Of a stretch of 56,867 nucleotides of DNA, positions 45,406 through 54,505 are shown one piece after another. The stretch's first letter is position 1. Each line of letters opens with the position of its first letter. Both the position numbers and the translations under genes were made by a program. A model generated the notes under the pieces. That model was not told the DNA's origin. It worked only from the letters and a program-made list of their open reading frames with translations, and did not search any database. Source of the DNA: Vicinamibacterales bacterium (lineage in GTDB: Bacteria > Acidobacteriota > Vicinamibacteria > Vicinamibacterales > CAVVIG01); assembly GCA_040081555.1 (NCBI GenBank), contig JBEBGG010000004.1, positions 1 to 56,867 on the forward strand, given 5' to 3'.

Positions 45406-47427
45406 CTATTTCCACAAGTAGTAGCCGAGCACGAAGACGACGCCGAAGACCAGCGATGCGGCATACGCGCGCACCGACCCGGTCTGGAACAGCTTCAGTC
45501 CGTTACTCAGGAGGCCGACGGCCCCTGCCGTCCCATTCACCATGCCGTCGATGATTCGCACATCGACGACCTTCCACAGACCGAACTCCGATAACAGTTT
45601 CAGAGGCTGCACAATCAGCGCGTCGTAGATTTCATCGACGTAGTACTTGTTGGACAGCAACGTTCGCAAGCCCCCAAAACTCTCGGCAATTCCGTCAGCG
45701 GCTCGACGGCTCTTCACGAAGAAGAACCACGCGACGCCAATGCCCGCGATACCGACCAGAGAGGACGTGACCATCAACCTCAGCTCGAGGCCTTCGTCCG
45801 CGGCATGTCCCATCGGTTCCCCGACTTCGCCCGATGTGCCATGGACCTGGACTTCGTGGGCCTGGACTTCGTGGGCCTCTACCTCGAGGTTCTGCGCCAG
45901 GAACGTCTCTATCCGGTTGGAGCCGCCAATCACGTGCGGCACACCCACGTAGCCAGCCAGCACCGACCCGATCGCCAGGACCACCAACGCGAAGGCCATC
46001 GCCTTCGGCGCATCGTGCAGGTGCGAGCTATGGCCGTGCGCACCGTGCCCATGGGCCCCGTGGTCGCCATGGGCGGCCGCAGCAGCAACGACGCGCTCGC
46101 CGTGAAAGGTCATGAACACGAGGCGGAACATGTAGACGGCCGTCAGGAATGACGTCAGCACGCCGAGCATCCACAGATAGGTATGGCCGCTAGCGTAGGT
46201 GCGGTAAAGGATTTCGTCCTTGCTGAAGAAGCCCGCCAGTCCGGGGAAGCCGGCGATCGCCAACGCACCGATCAGGAAGGTCCAGTAGGTGATGGGCAGA
46301 TCCCTCTTCAGTCCGCCCATCCTTCGCATGTCCTGCTCTCCCGCCAGCGCGTGAATCACCGCGCCGGAGCCCAGGAACATCAACGCTTTGAAGAACGCAT
46401 GCGTGTAGAGATGGAAGATGCCGCCGGTGAAGGCGCCGACGCCCATCGCCAGAAACATATAACCGAGCTGCGACACGGTCGAATACGCCAGCACGCGCTT
46501 GATGTCGTTCTGGACCAGACCGATCGTGCCCGCCATGAACGCGGTCAGCACGCCGACGGTCGCAATGATCGTCATGGTCTCGGGCGCATGACTGAAGAGC
46601 ACGGCGTTGCGTCCAATCATGTACACGCCTGCCGTCACCATCGTCGCGGCGTGGATGAGGGCGGACACGGGAGTCGGCCCTTCCATCGCATCCGGCAGCC
46701 AGATGTAGAGAGGAAGCTGCGCCGACTTGCCCGTCGCGCCCACAAAGAGCAGCAGCGTCGCCAGCGAGATGGTGCCAAAGGTCGCCTCGGGGCTGAGCGC
46801 GGCCACCTTATGGGCCAGCTCCTGGAAGTCGACCGTACCGAAGGTCACAAACAGCAGCAACACTCCGAGCACAAAGCCGAAGTCGCCGATGCGGTTGACG
46901 ATGAAGGCCTTCTTGCCGGCGTCGTTAGCCGACTTCTTCGAGAAATAGAAGCCAATGAGCAGGTAAGAACAAAGACCAACGCCCTCCCAACCGACGAACA
47001 TGACCAGGAAGTTGGCGCCGAGCACCAGCACCAGCATGAACGCGGCAAAGAGATTCAAGTACGAGAAGTAGCGCGCGAACTCTGAGTCGCGCTCCTCGTG
47101 CATATAGGCGGTCGAGTAGATGTGAATCAGCGAACCAATGCCCGTGATCACGAGAATCATCAGCGCCGACAGCGGATCGAGCCGGAGCGTGAAGTCCGCC
47201 TCGAAGCTACCCGACGAGATCCAGCTGAAGATCCGGTCGACGATGGCCCGGTCGCCTTCCGGCATACCGAGCAACTGAAGGACCGACGCAAGGGCGACCG
47301 CAAACGACCCGACCATCGCCGCACAAGCGACGCCGCCAGCGACGGACTGCTTCAGACGTTTGCCGACACTGGCGTTGATGAGGAAGCCGATGAACGGCAG
47401 CAGGGGAATCAGCAGCAACATGCTCAT
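45406..47427 (-). CDS. nuoL: NADH-quinone oxidoreductase subunit L
   Basis: WEGVG, NRIGD, GKSAQLPL, WLPDAMEGPTPVSALIHAATMV and HAFFKA. ATG overlaps the nuoK stop. Confidence 0.98.
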   Translation of the reverse strand: MSMLLLIPLLPFIGFLINASVGKRLKQSVAGGVACAAMVGSFAVALASVLQLLGMPEGDRAIVDRIFSWISSGSFEADFTLRLDPLSALMILVITGIGSLIHIYSTAYMHEERDSEFARYFSYLNLFAAFMLVLVLGANFLVMFVGWEGVGLCSYLLIGFYFSKKSANDAGKKAFIVNRIGDFGFVLGVLLLFVTFGTVDFQELAHKVAALSPEATFGTISLATLLLFVGATGKSAQLPLYIWLPDAMEGPTPVSALIHAATMVTAGVYMIGRNAVLFSHAPETMTIIATVGVLTAFMAGTIGLVQNDIKRVLAYSTVSQLGYMFLAMGVGAFTGGIFHLYTHAFFKALMFLGSGAVIHALAGEQDMRRMGGLKRDLPITYWTFLIGALAIAGFPGLAGFFSKDEILYRTYASGHTYLWMLGVLTSFLTAVYMFRLVFMTFHGERVVAAAAAHGDHGAHGHGAHGHSSHLHDAPKAMAFALVVLAIGSVLAGYVGVPHVIGGSNRIETFLAQNLEVEAHEVQAHEVQVHGTSGEVGEPMGHAADEGLELRLMVTSSLVGIAGIGVAWFFFVKSRRAADGIAESFGGLRTLLSNKYYVDEIYDALIVQPLKLLSEFGLWKVVDVRIIDGMVNGTAGAVGLLSNGLKLFQTGSVRAYAASLVFGVVFVLGYYLWK

Positions 47428-47729
47428 TACCACTTCAACGCCGTGAAGGTGTCAGGATTGAGCGACTCCCGATGCCGGAAGAGCGCGATGACGATGGCGA
47501 GGCCGACGGCGGCTTCGGCGGCGGCGACGGTCATGACAAAGAACACAATGATTTGCCCGTCCGCGGTCCCAAACGCACGTCCGAAGGCAACAAACGTCAG
47601 GTTGACCGCGTTCAGCATGATTTCAATCGACAGCAGAATCGTGATGAGATTCCGCCTGACGAACACGCCGGCAGCGCCAATGGAGAAGAGCACAGCCGAG
47701 AGCACGAGGTAATCGTTGAGCGTCGGCAT
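47427..47729 (-). CDS. nuoK: NADH-quinone oxidoreductase subunit K
   Basis: [13 protein letters not shown] and [11 protein letters not shown]. Confidence 0.97.
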   Translation of the reverse strand: MPTLNDYLVLSAVLFSIGAAGVFVRRNLITILLSIEIMLNAVNLTFVAFGRAFGTADGQIIVFFVMTVAAAEAAVGLAIVIALFRHRESLNPDTFTALKW

Positions 47730-48259
47730 CAGCGTCCCTCCCTCCGCGCGTCCGCTCGTGGTTCACGACGGGCCATGAGAACAGCGCCAACCATGGCGAC
47801 GAGAATCAGCACCGAGGTCACTTCGAACTGGAAGGCGTAGGTCGTGAACAGTGACTTGCCAATCATTGCGACCGACACCACCGGTGTCGGGCCAAACTGT
47901 TCGTTGGGCGCCCCTGAGCTGAGCGCCCAGACCAGTTCGACCACCAGCAACAGTGCGAGGGCCGCACCAAACCGCATTGGTCCCGGCCGCAGCAGGGGGT
48001 GCACCCGCTCGTCGTACTGCGTGTCTTCATGCGGCGCATTGAGCAACATGACGACAAACAGAAACAACACCATGATGGCGCCGGCGTAGACAATGATCTG
48101 GATGACCGCGGCAAACGGCGCGTCCAGCAGCACGTAGAGACCGGACAGCGCGCCAAACGACGCGATGAGCAGCAGAACGCTGTAGACCGGATTGCGCTGA
48201 GCGATGACCAGCAACGACGTCAGCACCGCGACGGCCGCGAAGAGATAGAAGAGCGTCAT
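47729..48259 (-). CDS. nuoJ: NADH-quinone oxidoreductase subunit J
   Basis: [27 protein letters not shown] and [15 protein letters not shown]. Confidence 0.96.
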   Translation of the reverse strand: MTLFYLFAAVAVLTSLLVIAQRNPVYSVLLLIASFGALSGLYVLLDAPFAAVIQIIVYAGAIMVLFLFVVMLLNAPHEDTQYDERVHPLLRPGPMRFGAALALLLVVELVWALSSGAPNEQFGPTPVVSVAMIGKSLFTTYAFQFEVTSVLILVAMVGAVLMARREPRADARREGR

Positions 48260-49284
48260 AGCCCGAAATACAGCACAGCGGCCGCCGTCACAAGGAGGTT
48301 GATGACCGAGGCCGGCAAGAGAATCTTCCAGCCAAACGACATCAGCTGGTCGTAGCGGTAGCGCGGCAGCGTCCAGCGCATCCAGACGTAGAAGAACAGC
48401 AGCGCGCCGACTTTAGCGAGAAACACCAGCCAACCGAACGACACCGGCACGAATGGGAAGTACCAGCCGCCCAGAAACAGATCCGTCGCCACCGCCGAGA
48501 CGGTGACCATGTTGATGTATTCCGCCAGGAAGAACAGCGCGAATGCCATCGAGCTGTACTCGGTGTGATAGCCAGCCACGAGTTCCTGCTCGGCTTCGGG
48601 AAAGTCGAACGGCGCCCGGTTGGTTTCGGCGATACCTGCGGTCATGAAGATCAGGAACCCGAGGGGTTGCAGAAAGACGAACCAGCGTGCAGACGGAATC
48701 CCCAGCAGACTCGCACCCTGCGCATGGACGATGTCGGTGATCGACATCGAATTCGCCAGAATCAGCACGCCGACCAGCGACAAACCGTAGGACAACTCGT
48801 AGCTGATCATCTGCGCCGACGAGCGAAGGCCGCCAAGCAACGAGTACTTGCTGTTGCTCGCCCAGCCAGCGAGCACGATGCCGTAGACGCCCATCGAGGC
48901 GATGGCAAAGACGACCAGGACGGCAACGTTGACGTCCGCTACCTGCAACTTCAGCGGTTCATCGAACAGACCGAAGATGGTCGTCTCCGGACCGATCGGT
49001 ACGACCGCAAACGCTGCAAACGCCGTAGCGGCGCAGATCAGGGGCGCGATGTAGAACAGCAGGACGTCTGCGGCCGCCGGCCGAAGGTTTTCCTTGAACA
49101 GCAGCTTCAACACATCCGCAAATGGCTGAAGGAGCCCGGCGGGCCCGACCCGCGTGGGGCCGACGCGCTGCTGCATACGCGCCGCCTCTTTGCGCTCCAC
49201 CCAAACCATGCCTGCAGCAGCATGCACGAGGCCCAGCAGCACGACGACGAACATGGCGATCTGGCCGACGATGACCGGGAGCAT
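48256..49284 (-). CDS. nuoH: NADH-quinone oxidoreductase subunit H
   Basis: ERKEAARMQQRVGP, QPFADVLKL, NRAPFDFPEAEQEL and PRYRYDQLM. Start ATG 49284. Confidence 0.97.
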   Translation of the reverse strand: MLPVIVGQIAMFVVVLLGLVHAAAGMVWVERKEAARMQQRVGPTRVGPAGLLQPFADVLKLLFKENLRPAAADVLLFYIAPLICAATAFAAFAVVPIGPETTIFGLFDEPLKLQVADVNVAVLVVFAIASMGVYGIVLAGWASNSKYSLLGGLRSSAQMISYELSYGLSLVGVLILANSMSITDIVHAQGASLLGIPSARWFVFLQPLGFLIFMTAGIAETNRAPFDFPEAEQELVAGYHTEYSSMAFALFFLAEYINMVTVSAVATDLFLGGWYFPFVPVSFGWLVFLAKVGALLFFYVWMRWTLPRYRYDQLMSFGWKILLPASVINLLVTAAAVLYFGL

Positions 49285-49286
49285 GT

Positions 49287-50588
49287 CTAGTGCGCCCCCA
49301 CCGGATGCTGTGCGCGCCAGTCGGCGTGCAGCGTGCACCGGCCCTCGCGCACGTGCGCTTCGAATTCGTGCCGGAAGTGTTTCAGCGTCGTCAACACGGG
49401 CGTTGCCGCCGCATCGCCGAAGGCACACAGGGTCTTGCCATTGATGTTGCCGGCCACACTGCCCAATAGATCGATATCGCGCATCGTGCCCTGGCCACCT
49501 TCCACCCTCGCGAGCAGTTTATAGAGCCAGTCGGTCCCTTCGCGGCAGGGTGTGCACTTGCCGCACGACTCGTGTTTGTAGAAGTGCAGCAGGTTCATGG
49601 CCAACCACACCATGCACACCGAGTCGTCGAGCACGATGATGGCGGCAGAGCCGAGCAGCGAGCCAGCTTTGGCCACCGCGTCGAAACTCGCCTGAGTGTC
49701 GAGTTGGTCCGGCAACAGAATCGGCACCGATGATCCGCCCGGAATCACCGCCTTCAGCTTCCGGCCATTGGGAACGCCGCCGGCGTACCTGTCGCCTTCG
49801 ATGAGTTCGCGCAGCGTGATGTTCATCGACGCTTCAAACACGCCGGGATTCTTGACGTGGCCGCTCACGCAGTACAGCTTCGGCCCACCGTTCTTCTCGG
49901 GGCCCAGCGCCGCGAACCATTCAGGTCCCTTGTCAATGATCAGCGGAACGTTGGTCAGCGTCTCGACGTTATTGACGGCGGTCGGGCAACCGTAAAGACC
50001 AAACACGGCGGGAAACGGCGGCTTGTTCCGCGGCTGCGCACGCTTGCCTTCGAGCGATTCGAGGAGGGCCGTCTCCTCGCCCGCTTCGTACGCGCCGGCG
50101 CCGCGGTGCACGAACACCTCGCAGTCGAACCCTGACCCGAAGATGTTCTTGCCCAGATACCCCTTGGCGTGCGCTTCCGCGATCGCCGCCTCGAGGTGCA
50201 ACTGCACGTGGTAGAACTCGCCGCGAATGTAGATGTAGGCGACTTTCGCACCGATCGCGTAGCAGGCAATCGCACACCCTTCTATCAACAGGTGCGGGTT
50301 GCGCTCCATCAGCACGTGGTCTTTGAACGTGCCCGGCTCGCTCTCGTCGGCGTTGCAGACGATGTAGCGCGGATTGACTGATTTCTTGTCGACGAACTGC
50401 CACTTCATGCCGGTCGGAAAGCCCGCGCCGCCACGACCGCGCAGGCCCGACGCCTTCACCATCTCGATGATCTGATCGGGCGTATTCCCGAGCGCCTTCT
50501 TGAGGGCGCCATACCCGCCGTGCGACAGATAGCTGTCGATCGAGAAGGCGTTTCTCTCGCGGACGTGAGGAGTGAGCAAGGGTTCCAT
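49287..50588 (-). CDS. nuoF: NADH-quinone oxidoreductase subunit F (FMN, N3 cluster)
   Basis: GRGGAGFPTG, NADESEPG, GAYEAGEETAL and SCGKCTPCREG...LCAFG. Confidence 0.98.
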   Translation of the reverse strand: MEPLLTPHVRERNAFSIDSYLSHGGYGALKKALGNTPDQIIEMVKASGLRGRGGAGFPTGMKWQFVDKKSVNPRYIVCNADESEPGTFKDHVLMERNPHLLIEGCAIACYAIGAKVAYIYIRGEFYHVQLHLEAAIAEAHAKGYLGKNIFGSGFDCEVFVHRGAGAYEAGEETALLESLEGKRAQPRNKPPFPAVFGLYGCPTAVNNVETLTNVPLIIDKGPEWFAALGPEKNGGPKLYCVSGHVKNPGVFEASMNITLRELIEGDRYAGGVPNGRKLKAVIPGGSSVPILLPDQLDTQASFDAVAKAGSLLGSAAIIVLDDSVCMVWLAMNLLHFYKHESCGKCTPCREGTDWLYKLLARVEGGQGTMRDIDLLGSVAGNINGKTLCAFGDAAATPVLTTLKHFRHEFEAHVREGRCTLHADWRAQHPVGAH

Positions 50589-50651
50589 AGGATTACGCCA
50601 CAGCGGCGCGCTGACACAGAGGCCTGTGGCTCACTGTGGTTGCACGCTCCG

Positions 50652-51254
50652 TCACTTGCCCTCCATCACGAGGTGGCAGCCAGTAAGGGAGGACTCCCCT
50701 TTCGCACGGAGGTCGTCGAGCAGCTTCTTGACGCCTTCGGGGCGCTGATGCTCCTGCCAGGCGTCGTTCACCATGATGACCGGCGCGCGATCACACGCGC
50801 CCAGACATTCGACCTCGAGCACCGTGAAAGTGCCGGTCGCGTCCGTCTCGCCCGGTTTGATATTGAGCGCGTGGCAGAGTTCGGCCGTCACCCGTTCGGC
50901 CCCATTGACGGCGCAGGACAGCGTGCGGCAGACACTCAGCACGTACTTGCCGACGGCCTTTCTGAAAAACATCGTGTAGTAGGTGACGACATCTTCGACG
51001 TCCGCAGGCGTAATCTCCAGCAGGCCGGCCACGTAACGCATCGACGCGCCCGTGATGAAGCCCTGCTGATACTGCACAAGGTACAAGGCCGGAAGCACCG
51101 CGGACCGTTTCTGGTCGGGTGGATAGCGCACAATGATCTCGTTGAACTTGGCGAGGTTGTCTGGCGTGTAGACAAACGGTTCGCCCTGCTCGGTGAGTTC
51201 CCGCACCGACTTCTGAAATGTGGCGCCATACGCCATCTCGGGATGGAAGCTCAC
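50652..51254 (-). CDS. nuoE: NADH-quinone oxidoreductase subunit E (2Fe-2S)
   Basis: CRTLSC and ECLGACDRAP cluster ligands; GTG start overlaps the nuoD stop. Confidence 0.95.
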   Translation of the reverse strand: MSFHPEMAYGATFQKSVRELTEQGEPFVYTPDNLAKFNEIIVRYPPDQKRSAVLPALYLVQYQQGFITGASMRYVAGLLEITPADVEDVVTYYTMFFRKAVGKYVLSVCRTLSCAVNGAERVTAELCHALNIKPGETDATGTFTVLEVECLGACDRAPVIMVNDAWQEHQRPEGVKKLLDDLRAKGESSLTGCHLVMEGK

Positions 51255-52432
51255 CGGTCCACGTCTCCCATGACGACGTCAATCGAGCCGATGACGGCTA
51301 TGACGTCTGCAATCAGTCCACCGACAATCAGACGCTCGAGCGCCTGGCAGGCGAGCAGCGACGGCGCGCGCGACTTGATTCGCCACGGCCGGTTCGTGCC
51401 GTCGGACACAATCGAGAAGCCCTGCTCGCCGCGGGGCCCTTCGACCGGCACGTACGATTCGCCGGCCGGCACCACGAAGCCCTGCGAATACAGGAGAAAG
51501 TGCTGAATGAGCGCTTCCATCTCGGTGTAGACGGCGGCCTTCGGCGGTGGCGTAATCTTGGGGTCCGCCACGGCGTAGACACCGATCGGCGAAATCCGGT
51601 CGAGCGCCTGCCGCACCAGTTTCATCGACTCCTTCAACTCGGCGACGCGGACCTGATAGCGCGAATAAACGTCGCCCTTCTGCTGCACGGGGACGTTGAA
51701 GTCGTAGGTCTCGTAGCCAAGATACGGGAACGCCTTGCGGACGTCGTAGCCGACGCCGGCCGCACGCGCGATCGGCCCGACCAGACCGTAGGCCACGGCG
51801 TCTTCCGCGGAAACGACACCCACGCCTTTGGTGCGCTCCATGTAGATGTGGTTCTTGGTGAGCAGATCTTCGTACTCGCCCAACTTGATCTCGAGTCGAT
51901 CGATAAAGGTGCGGACGGCCTCGTGGAAGCCGCGCGGCAAATCCTCACGCACACCGCCGACGCGCATGTAGCTCGGAAACAGGCGGAAACCCGCCAGCAT
52001 CTCGTTCAGATTGAGGAGCAACTCGCGCTCGCGGAAGCAGTAGAGCATCACCGACACGGCGCCCACTTCCATGCCGTGCGTGCCCAGCCACACGAGGTGA
52101 CTATTGATCCGCTGCAGTTCAGCAACCAGAACGCGGATGTCCTTCACGCGCTGCGGCAGCTCGAGGCCGAGCAACTGCTCGACCGACAGGCAGAACGCCA
52201 TGCTGTTGGACTGCGCGCTCAGGTAGTCCATCCGCTCGACGAGCGGAATGATCTGTTGCCACTTCTTCTGCTCCGCGGTCTTCTCGATGCCGGTATGCAG
52301 GAAACCGATCGTCGGAGCGCAGGCACGGACCGTTTCGCCATCGAGCTCCAGCACCAGCCGCAGCACGCCGTGCGTGCTGGGGTGCTGAGGCCCCATGTTG
52401 ACGGTCATTGTTTCAGAGCGCAGTTCAGGCAA
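51251..52432 (-). CDS. nuoD: NADH-quinone oxidoreductase subunit D
   Basis: NMGPQHPSTHGVLRL, GFLHTGIEK, ERMDYL and DVVMGDVDR. Probable TTG start at 52432 with GGAGAG upstream. Confidence 0.97.
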   Translation of the reverse strand: MPELRSETMTVNMGPQHPSTHGVLRLVLELDGETVRACAPTIGFLHTGIEKTAEQKKWQQIIPLVERMDYLSAQSNSMAFCLSVEQLLGLELPQRVKDIRVLVAELQRINSHLVWLGTHGMEVGAVSVMLYCFRERELLLNLNEMLAGFRLFPSYMRVGGVREDLPRGFHEAVRTFIDRLEIKLGEYEDLLTKNHIYMERTKGVGVVSAEDAVAYGLVGPIARAAGVGYDVRKAFPYLGYETYDFNVPVQQKGDVYSRYQVRVAELKESMKLVRQALDRISPIGVYAVADPKITPPPKAAVYTEMEALIQHFLLYSQGFVVPAGESYVPVEGPRGEQGFSIVSDGTNRPWRIKSRAPSLLACQALERLIVGGLIADVIAVIGSIDVVMGDVDR

Positions 52433-53000
52433 CGAAGGCTCTCTCCACCAAATCACACAATACGTGCAGCAGCGTGCGATGCACTTCCTGCACCCGAGGC
52501 GTCGACGTCGACGGCACGTTGATATGCACGTCGGCGCTTCGCCCAGCCGCGCCGCCGTCAGAGCCGGTCAGCGCAATCGTTTCAATTCCGCGCGCCCGCG
52601 CCGTATGCAGGGCCGCCAGCACATTCGGCGAACCGCCACTCGTCGTAATCGCGAGCACGATATCTCCGGCGCGGCCAAGCGCCTCCACCTGACGCGCGAA
52701 CACGCGATCGAACCCGTAGTCGTTGGCGACGCTCGTCAGCACACTGGTGTCGGTTGTCAACGCGATGGCCGCCATGCCGGACCGCTCACGCTGAAATCGA
52801 CCGACCAATTCCGCAGCGACATGCTGCGCGTCTGCCGCGCTCCCACCATTGCCAAACACCAGGACCTTCCCGCCACGCGTCAATGCCGCCACCACTGCTG
52901 CCGCCGCACGCTCGAGTGACGCCCGCCCTCCGCTCGCGACCCGCTGATGCAGCGCCACCGTGTCTGCAAATGCGCCCGTGAACGCATCAAGATCGGGCAA
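52425..53000 (-). CDS. gmhA: Phosphoheptose (sedoheptulose-7-phosphate) isomerase, SIS domain, inside the nuo operon
   Basis: GNGGSAADAQHVAAELVGRF, ANDYGF, TTSGGSPN and RVQEVH..LLHVLC. TTG start with AAGGA upstream. Confidence 0.93.
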   Translation of the reverse strand: MPDLDAFTGAFADTVALHQRVASGGRASLERAAAAVVAALTRGGKVLVFGNGGSAADAQHVAAELVGRFQRERSGMAAIALTTDTSVLTSVANDYGFDRVFARQVEALGRAGDIVLAITTSGGSPNVLAALHTARARGIETIALTGSDGGAAGRSADVHINVPSTSTPRVQEVHRTLLHVLCDLVERAFVA

Positions 53001-53532
53001 GCCGATCCTTCATCACGTTCGCCTTGAACTCCTCGGCCGTGACCTGCGTCAACGAGCTCGCGTTTGGTTTCATCCGGATCTGCACCGGCGAATCCTTACG
53101 CAACGGGAAGCCTTCCCAGTCCTCCGGCATCAGCAGACGCCTCGGATCAGGATGGCCGTCGAACGCGATGCCGAACAGATCCCACACTTCCCGCTCAAGC
53201 CAGTTGGCCGCCGGCCAGATGTCGCAGCACGTCGGCACGTGCGGATCATGACTCGGCAGCTGCACCTTCAGTCGCAGGCGCAACCGATGCTCCAGCGACA
53301 CCAAAATATAAACGAGTTCGAAACGCGGCGCTCGCGGCCAGAAGTCCACAGCCGTGAGCTCGGCGAGAAATGTAAAGCGCAGCTCAGGACGATCGCGTAG
53401 CGCCTTCAATGTGTCATGCAGCGTGTCAGGCGACGCCATCAGCGTCACCTGCAGATCGATGCTCGGCACGCGCTCAAACTGCGCGCCGGGCAAGACTTCT
53501 TGCAGATGGGCGACCAGCGTTGTCGAATCCAT
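52987..53532 (-). CDS. nuoC: NADH-quinone oxidoreductase subunit C
   Basis: LTAVD, ANWLEREVWDLFGI and GHPDPRRLLMPEDWEGFPLRKD. ATG overlaps the nuoB stop. Confidence 0.96.
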   Translation of the reverse strand: MDSTTLVAHLQEVLPGAQFERVPSIDLQVTLMASPDTLHDTLKALRDRPELRFTFLAELTAVDFWPRAPRFELVYILVSLEHRLRLRLKVQLPSHDPHVPTCCDIWPAANWLEREVWDLFGIAFDGHPDPRRLLMPEDWEGFPLRKDSPVQIRMKPNASSLTQVTAEEFKANVMKDRLARS

Positions 53533-54020
53533 TAGGCGGGTTTCTTCCTGTAGTCGGCCATCTTCGACTGGTCGATCTTGCGCTGCAACTGCACGATCCC
53601 GTAGATCACGGCTTCCGGACGCGGCGGACAGCCGGGCACATAGACGTCCACCGGCACAACTTGATCTACGCCCTGCACGATGGCGTAGTTGTCGAAGACG
53701 CCGCCAATCGATGCGCAGGCGCCCATCGAGATGACCCACTTCGGCTCCGGCATCTGGTCGTAGATGCGACGCAGAGCCGGCGCCATCTTGCGCGACAGGC
53801 GTCCAGCCACGATCATCAGATCAGACTGGCGCGGGCTGCCGCGAAACACTTCAGCGCCGAAGCGCGCGATGTCATAACGGCCACAGCTCATTGCCATCAT
53901 TTCGATGGCACAGCAGGCGAGACCGAACGTGACCGGCCAGATGGCCGATCGTCGCGCCCACTGCACGACTTTCTCGAGCTGAGTGGTAATGACGGGGATT
54001 TCGTATTCTTCAATGCCCAT
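53532..54020 (-). CDS. nuoB: NADH-quinone oxidoreductase subunit B (N2 cluster)
   Basis: [16 protein letters not shown] and PGCPPRPE. Confidence 0.98.
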   Translation of the reverse strand: MGIEEYEIPVITTQLEKVVQWARRSAIWPVTFGLACCAIEMMAMSCGRYDIARFGAEVFRGSPRQSDLMIVAGRLSRKMAPALRRIYDQMPEPKWVISMGACASIGGVFDNYAIVQGVDQVVPVDVYVPGCPPRPEAVIYGIVQLQRKIDQSKMADYRKKPA

Positions 54021-54023
54021 GAA

Positions 54024-54386
54024 TCAGTCCCTGGCGCCCCAGTCCAGCGCGCCCTTACGCCAGACGTAGATATAGCCGGTGAGCAGCAGCGCCATAAAGA
54101 GCAAGACCTGGACAAAACCCGGCCAGCCAAGGTCGCGCAGCGCCATTGCCCATGGGTAGAGGAAGGCCACTTCGATGTCGAACAGAAGAAAAATCATCGC
54201 GACAAGGTAGAACTTGACCGACTGGCGCTCGCGCGCATCGCCCACGGCGGGCATGCCGCACTCGTACGGGGCTGATTTTTCAACGGACGGCCTGCTCGGA
54301 CCGAGGAGCGCAGACAAGCCGATCATCACTCCCCCGAAAACGAGGCCGAGGGCGATCATGATCAGGATGGACAGCCAGCCCTGCAT
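54024..54386 (-). CDS. nuoA: NADH-quinone oxidoreductase subunit A
   Basis: PYECG and FLLFDIEVAFLYPWA. Confidence 0.97.
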   Translation of the reverse strand: MQGWLSILIMIALGLVFGGVMIGLSALLGPSRPSVEKSAPYECGMPAVGDARERQSVKFYLVAMIFLLFDIEVAFLYPWAMALRDLGWPGFVQVLLFMALLLTGYIYVWRKGALDWGARD

Positions 54387-54407
54387 AGGTGAGATAGACG
54401 CTCGCGA

Positions 54408-54433
54408 GAGCTTGTGAACAATTTCTCAAGCTC
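54408..54433. promoter_or_regulatory. Palindromic operator matching the Rex consensus upstream of nuoA
   Basis: GAGC-TTGTGAA-CAAT-TTCTCAA-GCTC versus the Rex box TTGTGAA-N4-TTCACAA (1 mismatch). Confidence 0.65.
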
Positions 54434-54441
54434 GGGCTTTA

Positions 54442-54470
54442 ATGCTACCGGATCGAATGGCATCCGTCCA
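54442..54470 (-). promoter_or_regulatory. Candidate sigma70 promoter of the nuo operon
   Basis: TGGACG-17 nt-TAGCAT on the minus strand, placing the palindrome just downstream of the predicted TSS. Confidence 0.45.
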
Positions 54471-54505
54471 CACAAGAACTGTCCCGAGACCCTCCCCGAC
54501 TCCCG

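Noticed and set aside
50598-50639. Small branched inverted repeat (CCACAG...CTGTGG) in the nuoE-nuoF spacer
   Set aside because: Stems are only 4-6 bp and partly overlap; indistinguishable from chance in GC-rich DNA.
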